Shown: in pieces, positions 33,920 to 38,023 of the stretch
Position numbering within the stretch: position 1 is the stretch's first letter
Layout of the letters: each line of letters opens with the position of its first letter
Assembly (NCBI RefSeq): GCF_000315625.1
Contig: NW_005434660.1
Location: forward strand, 933,204 to 971,226
Direction of reading: 5' to 3'
From: Guillardia theta CCMP2712
Lineage: Eukaryota; Protista; Cryptophyta
Length of the DNA: 38,023 nucleotides
The notes under the pieces: generated by a model
The model's input: the letters and a program-made list of their open reading frames with translations, nothing else
Database searches by the model: none
Told to the model about the DNA's origin: nothing
Made by a program: the position numbers and the translations under genes

Positions 33920-35985
33920 CCCCCTCTCCTCCCTGGCCATACTGACGACACACATCAGGAGGCTGTCCTGAGGTATCGGGTAGAGGCAAGTCTCGACTCG
34001 ACGTTTCAGCGGCTGGTGGCAGTCAAAGAGGTGGCGGGGAACGTCACTTCCGTCTTGCTCTACCGCCTCCCCTTGCAAGGCGTCTTCCTCAGAGTCAGCG
34101 CCGCCAACATCGTCGGCTTCGGCATCCCCTGGGTAGCAGGAGGGAGATCTCCGACGGAAATTCCCGTCCTCTCAGTCCCCAGCGCTCCTTCACTTGTCGC
34201 CTCCTGGACCTGCATGCCTGCATTCCTATGCGTCGCTTTCCTTGGCCCCGGCGACAATGGAGGAGGAGAAAAGAATCCTTTCGCGCCTGATCTGCTGGGC
34301 TTTCGTGCAGAAGCTTGTAGTCATCTGGTCAGTTTGTCTCCCTAGCTTGGTTCTCTTCGGTTACAATCCTCACTGATGCCCTTCCCCCTTCCTGCCTCTT
34401 CCTTCTTCTGCCTCCTCCCTCCGTCCTCCCGCCCTCCCCCCTTTTCTTCTCCTCTTCCTCCTCCTCTCGCTCCTCCTCCTCCCCTCCTCTCGTCCTCGGC
34501 CTGCTCCCCTCCCGTTTGCTACTTTGACACCTGCATTCTTGCAGGAGTTTTATGGCTGTGTCGTCGTCGAGGCAAACTTGGGGGACGTGATCGCATGGTC
34601 GAGAGCTGAGCTCCAGCACGACCAGAAACCCAGCAGAGCCTTCAACTCAACTCTCTTCGTCGCGAGATTCCCCAACATCTCAGCTGGAACAGACACTTTC
34701 TTGCGCGTCTTTGTCCGGAATCAACTTGGATGGTCAGCGAACTGGAATATCGCAGTTTAAAATCAGTTTGACACGTCGGCAGGGGGAGAGCTGGGGTCTT
34801 GGACAAGCAGCTATTGAACATCACCAACTCATCTCTCCCTTTCACCCTCCCTTCCCAGCTGGGTACAATCTTTGACGTTTCTCAGCTCTTTGTGAACCCG
34901 TCGGTCGACATCTCCATCCTGCCGGTGAGTTTGACACGCGCGTGCGTCTCCTACCTCTCCAGCTGCTCTCCCACCCCTGCAGGAGTCAAAGTATGACGTC
35001 TGGTCTGCCGCAGGTCTCCCCTCCCCTCCTCACCTTCCTTCCTCCTCCCTCCCCGAGCATCTTCTCTCACCTCCGACTCTTTCTTCGCTTCTCCCCTCCC
35101 TCCCCTTCGACAGCAGCGGCTACTTCATGCATGCTCGAGTCCATGGCGCAGTCGGAGCAGGAAGAGGAGTAGGAGTAGCCTCGACTTCAACGGTCAGCTG
35201 ACCGTTGAGCAGGTGTTCGGAGCTGGGCTCCAGCTCGGAGGCGCAAACTTGTCCGGGTTCCTTGAGCTGCCCAACGTGCTGCGCGAGTGCGAGAGAAGAA
35301 GCTGTGAGGCGCTGCTGAACGAGACGGGAGGAGGAGTATGCTTGCCAGAGTGAGTGAGGGAGGAGGGAGGAGGGAGGAAGGAGGAGGGAGGAGGGAGGAG
35401 GAGGTGGTGGGAGGGAGGAGGGAGGAGGGAGGGAGGGTGAGGGAAGAGGCAGCTCTGAGGAACCAGCAGGTTCTGTCTCCCTTCCCTCTCCGTGCTAAAT
35501 CCGCAGGTCGATGGGATCAGCGACTGGTCGTTGTCTGTCTGGTTTGCTAGCGAGGATACCGCAGTCGCGCAGGTGTAGAGGAGAGGAAAGAGGAGGAGCA
35601 GGAGCAGGAGGAAGAGCAGGAGGAAGGAGGAAGGAGGAGGAGGAGGAGGAGATGGTGGTGGCGGAAGGGGAGGAGGAGGAGAGAAGAGAAGAGGGGACAC
35701 GAGTTGGGGTAAGGAGGAAGAGCAAGAGTTGGAGGACGTGGTGGTTCTGGTTGGAATGGAGGATCGACAAGGGAGTTGGGAGCATTGTTCGGTTGCCTTG
35801 ACGGAGCTGGTCAGGTCATCGCAGCCATCCCCTCCGTCTCTTCGTCCTTTCTCGAGGACGCGAACTTGGCGATCGTGCTAGAGGGAGGAAGCGTCTTCCT
35901 TGTTCTGATGGCGATCAACTACTCACAAGAAACAGTTGCCGCGGTTTGGATCCCCTATCCCCGTCCCCGTCCTCGTCCTCGCCCC

Positions 35986-36022
<37 letters not shown>

Positions 36023-36407
36023 CTCATGCTCCTCTTACCCGTTGTCTTTGTCCTCGTTCTTCTTCTCTCCTCCCTCCTTTGTTCTGGTCATTATCTCCTC
36101 CTATTCTTTCATCCCTTTCCCCTTCTGCTCAACATGATGCTTCTCGTTCCTCCCCCCTCCTTGTCCTCGTCCTCGTCCTCGTCCTCGTCCTCCGTTCATG
36201 GTCTCGTTGGCAGTTCAATGGGCCGTCGCCTGGCCTCTCCTCCTCCTCCTTCCACCTCTTGGTCGTCAGCTTCTCTCGCAGCACCTCCGTCCTCTCCCTC
36301 TACCTCGACGGCCGGCACGTCTCCTCCTTCTTTTCGGTGAAACCCCTCCTGCTCCTGCTCCTGCCCTTGCTCCTTCTTCTGCTCCTGCTCCTGCTCCTGC
36401 TAATGCC

Positions 36408-36443
<36 letters not shown>

Positions 36444-36724
36444 AATGCTAATGCCCCTGCTCCTGATTCTGCCCCTACTCGTGCTCCTGCTCCTGAACCT
36501 CCCCTCACATGTCTCAGGTCCCTTCCTTGCCCGAAACGTCTGGCCCCATCCTGCTGGGCTCCTGCAACTGCACGAGGAGGAAGGACGGGTCGTCTTTGGG
36601 CTTCCAAGGGGTCCTGGATAGCCTTGAGATTTGGGATCGAGTGGTGGTGGAGGAGGAGGTAAAGAAGCTGTTCCGCAGCGGGGGGGAGGGGAAGGAGATC
36701 CTCCCAGAGGCAACGAGGCTGTGA
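33074..36724 (+). CDS. Secreted/cell-surface protein with about four fibronectin type III repeats and a C-terminal LamG/concanavalin-A-like domain
   Basis: Signal peptide MKHTFSLCLLLFALSHA. FN3 signatures YRIQACNQEGCGPLS, YFIRARAANAIGWSDFS, LQVDWGPPLDTG..|LRYRVEAS..LRVSAANIVGFG and LRVFVRNQLGWS. LamG3-like FHLLVVSFS..LSLYLDG..|ILLG..FQGVLDSLEIWDRVVVEEEVKKLF. Middle exons and the 3' end are approximate. Confidence 0.75.
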
Positions 36725-37240
36725 GGAGGAAGGAGGGATGCAGGAGGATTAGGACATGAGAGAGTGAAGGACACGAGTAGGAGCGGGAGCGGGAGCAGGA
36801 GCGGGAGCAGGAGCAGGGGAGCGGTAGAATCATTGGAAGATGGAAGATGGGAAGAGGAGGGTGTTTTTAGTTGTCAAGTGTGTGTATGATAGATGTCTCC
36901 AAGTTAATGAAGTTGTTTGATACATCCCTCGCTGTCTCACCTGCCAGAATGAAAGTCAATTCTCCTGCTCCTGCTCCTGCTCCTGCTCCTCCCTCCTCCC
37001 TCCTCCCTCCTCCCTCCTCCCTCCTATCTCCCACCCTCCTCCTCGCCTCTACGGCATGCTTTCGAGCATGATATCGCAAAGCTTAATCAGAGCACACACC
37101 AACTTGAGCTGCGCTCTTTGATACTCATTGCAACATGTATGAAAGGAAAAAGCAAAATGACATCTCTCAAGTCAGTTTGTTTTCGCCCCTTTCAAAGGTT
37201 GATGAACGGAGAAGGTGAACGAAGAAGGTGAACGTTTACC

Positions 37241-38023
37241 TCACTGATGAAAAGTGATCGAACCCTCCATCAGGCACACCCTCCTCCTCCTCCCGTTGCC
37301 TGTACGACATCAGTTGACAGTCAAACTCTTTCTCCTCCTGCTCCTCTCCTGCTCCTCTCCTTCTCTACCCCTCCTGCTCTACTCCTACTCTCCTGCTCTC
37401 CTGCTCTCCCTCTCCTCCTCCTCCTCTTCCTCCTCCTCCTCCTGCACTTCACCTCTCCTCCTCTCCTCACATTTGCTCGCACACTACATCCCCCCCCCTT
37501 CTCCCTCACCTGCTCTCTTACCCGACACAGCGACATGCTTTCCATCGCAGTCGGCGTACGCCAAGGGAAGGAGGATGCAGAGGAGGGAGGAGGGAGGAAG
37601 TTCTACGCTCGTCTGTGACGTCCAGACGACATCTCGGCATGCCCCACGAGGCTCCGAGCTCATATCCTGCGTCGGGCCTGAGCATTCCTTCTCCTCTGCA
37701 TCTTTCGTGGGCTGATCGAAAGGTTTGTTAGGAGGACCAGGCGAAGCAGCAGGGGGAGACAGCAGCAGCAGGACAAGCAGTAGGAGGAGGAGAAGGGGGG
37801 GAGTGAGGGGAGGGGAGGAGGAGGAGGAGGAGGAGGAGGGTACATAACAAGGGATGTGATCACACCGCTTTGTCCGCTGTTTCATCGCATATCTGAACTT
37901 CTGGTTTGAATTCAACTCTCCCGCTCTTGCGATCCGGCGTGACGAGATAAATTCTCATCCTCTGCATGCTCGCCTCCCCGACCTGCTCTCCAGTATCGTG
38001 GGGATTCTTATTGCTCGCCCTGT
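37241..38023 (-). CDS. 3' exons of an unidentified gene entering from the right edge
   Basis: GT-AG bounded open segments at ~37982-38023, ~37866-37925, ~37522-37712 and ~37241-37300 are separated by repeat-rich introns. Two reading frames stay open and no family was recognised. Confidence 0.45.

Noticed and set aside
1-38023. Prokaryotic-type operon, defence system, integrated virus or transposon
   Set aside because: The identifiable genes are eukaryotic housekeeping, signalling or surface-protein families, and all but the cyclase contain spliceosomal introns. No transposase, RT, integrase or capsid motifs were seen.

Overview
Eukaryotic nuclear DNA, gene-dense, with many ~45-60 nt GT-AG introns, some inflated by purine/pyrimidine microsatellites. 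The style resembles a cryptophyte alga such as Guillardia/Hanusia; that is inference only. Hand-splicing gives nine genes: (1) the 3' end of CDC48/p97 (+); (2) a ~10.3 kb Rav1/DMXL (RAVE/Rabconnectin-3 alpha) gene ending in a C2 domain (-); (3) PFKFB (-); (4) an EF-hand-like/TM/CHASE/TM/class III nucleotide cyclase (-); (5) a spastin-like AAA ATPase lacking MIT and its C-terminal subdomain (-); (6) a MEKK4/Ssk2-like protein whose kinase domain has lost every catalytic motif (-); (7) a CLC-6/7-like anion transporter (-); (8) a secreted FN3+LamG protein (+); (9) the 3' end of an unidentified gene (-). The most striking signals are the CLC selectivity filter ADGIAE (Asp where Ser-cen normally sits) together with GSEGP, the MEKK4/Ssk2-type pseudokinase, and the Rav1-C2 fusion. 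Also notable are atypical purine-selecting residues in the CHASE cyclase and a recurring intergenic pattern of CpG-rich GTCAC/GACTC blocks plus GGGT/ACCC tract zones. All exon boundaries and family calls were made by eye from remembered motifs and need RNA-seq and HMM confirmation.
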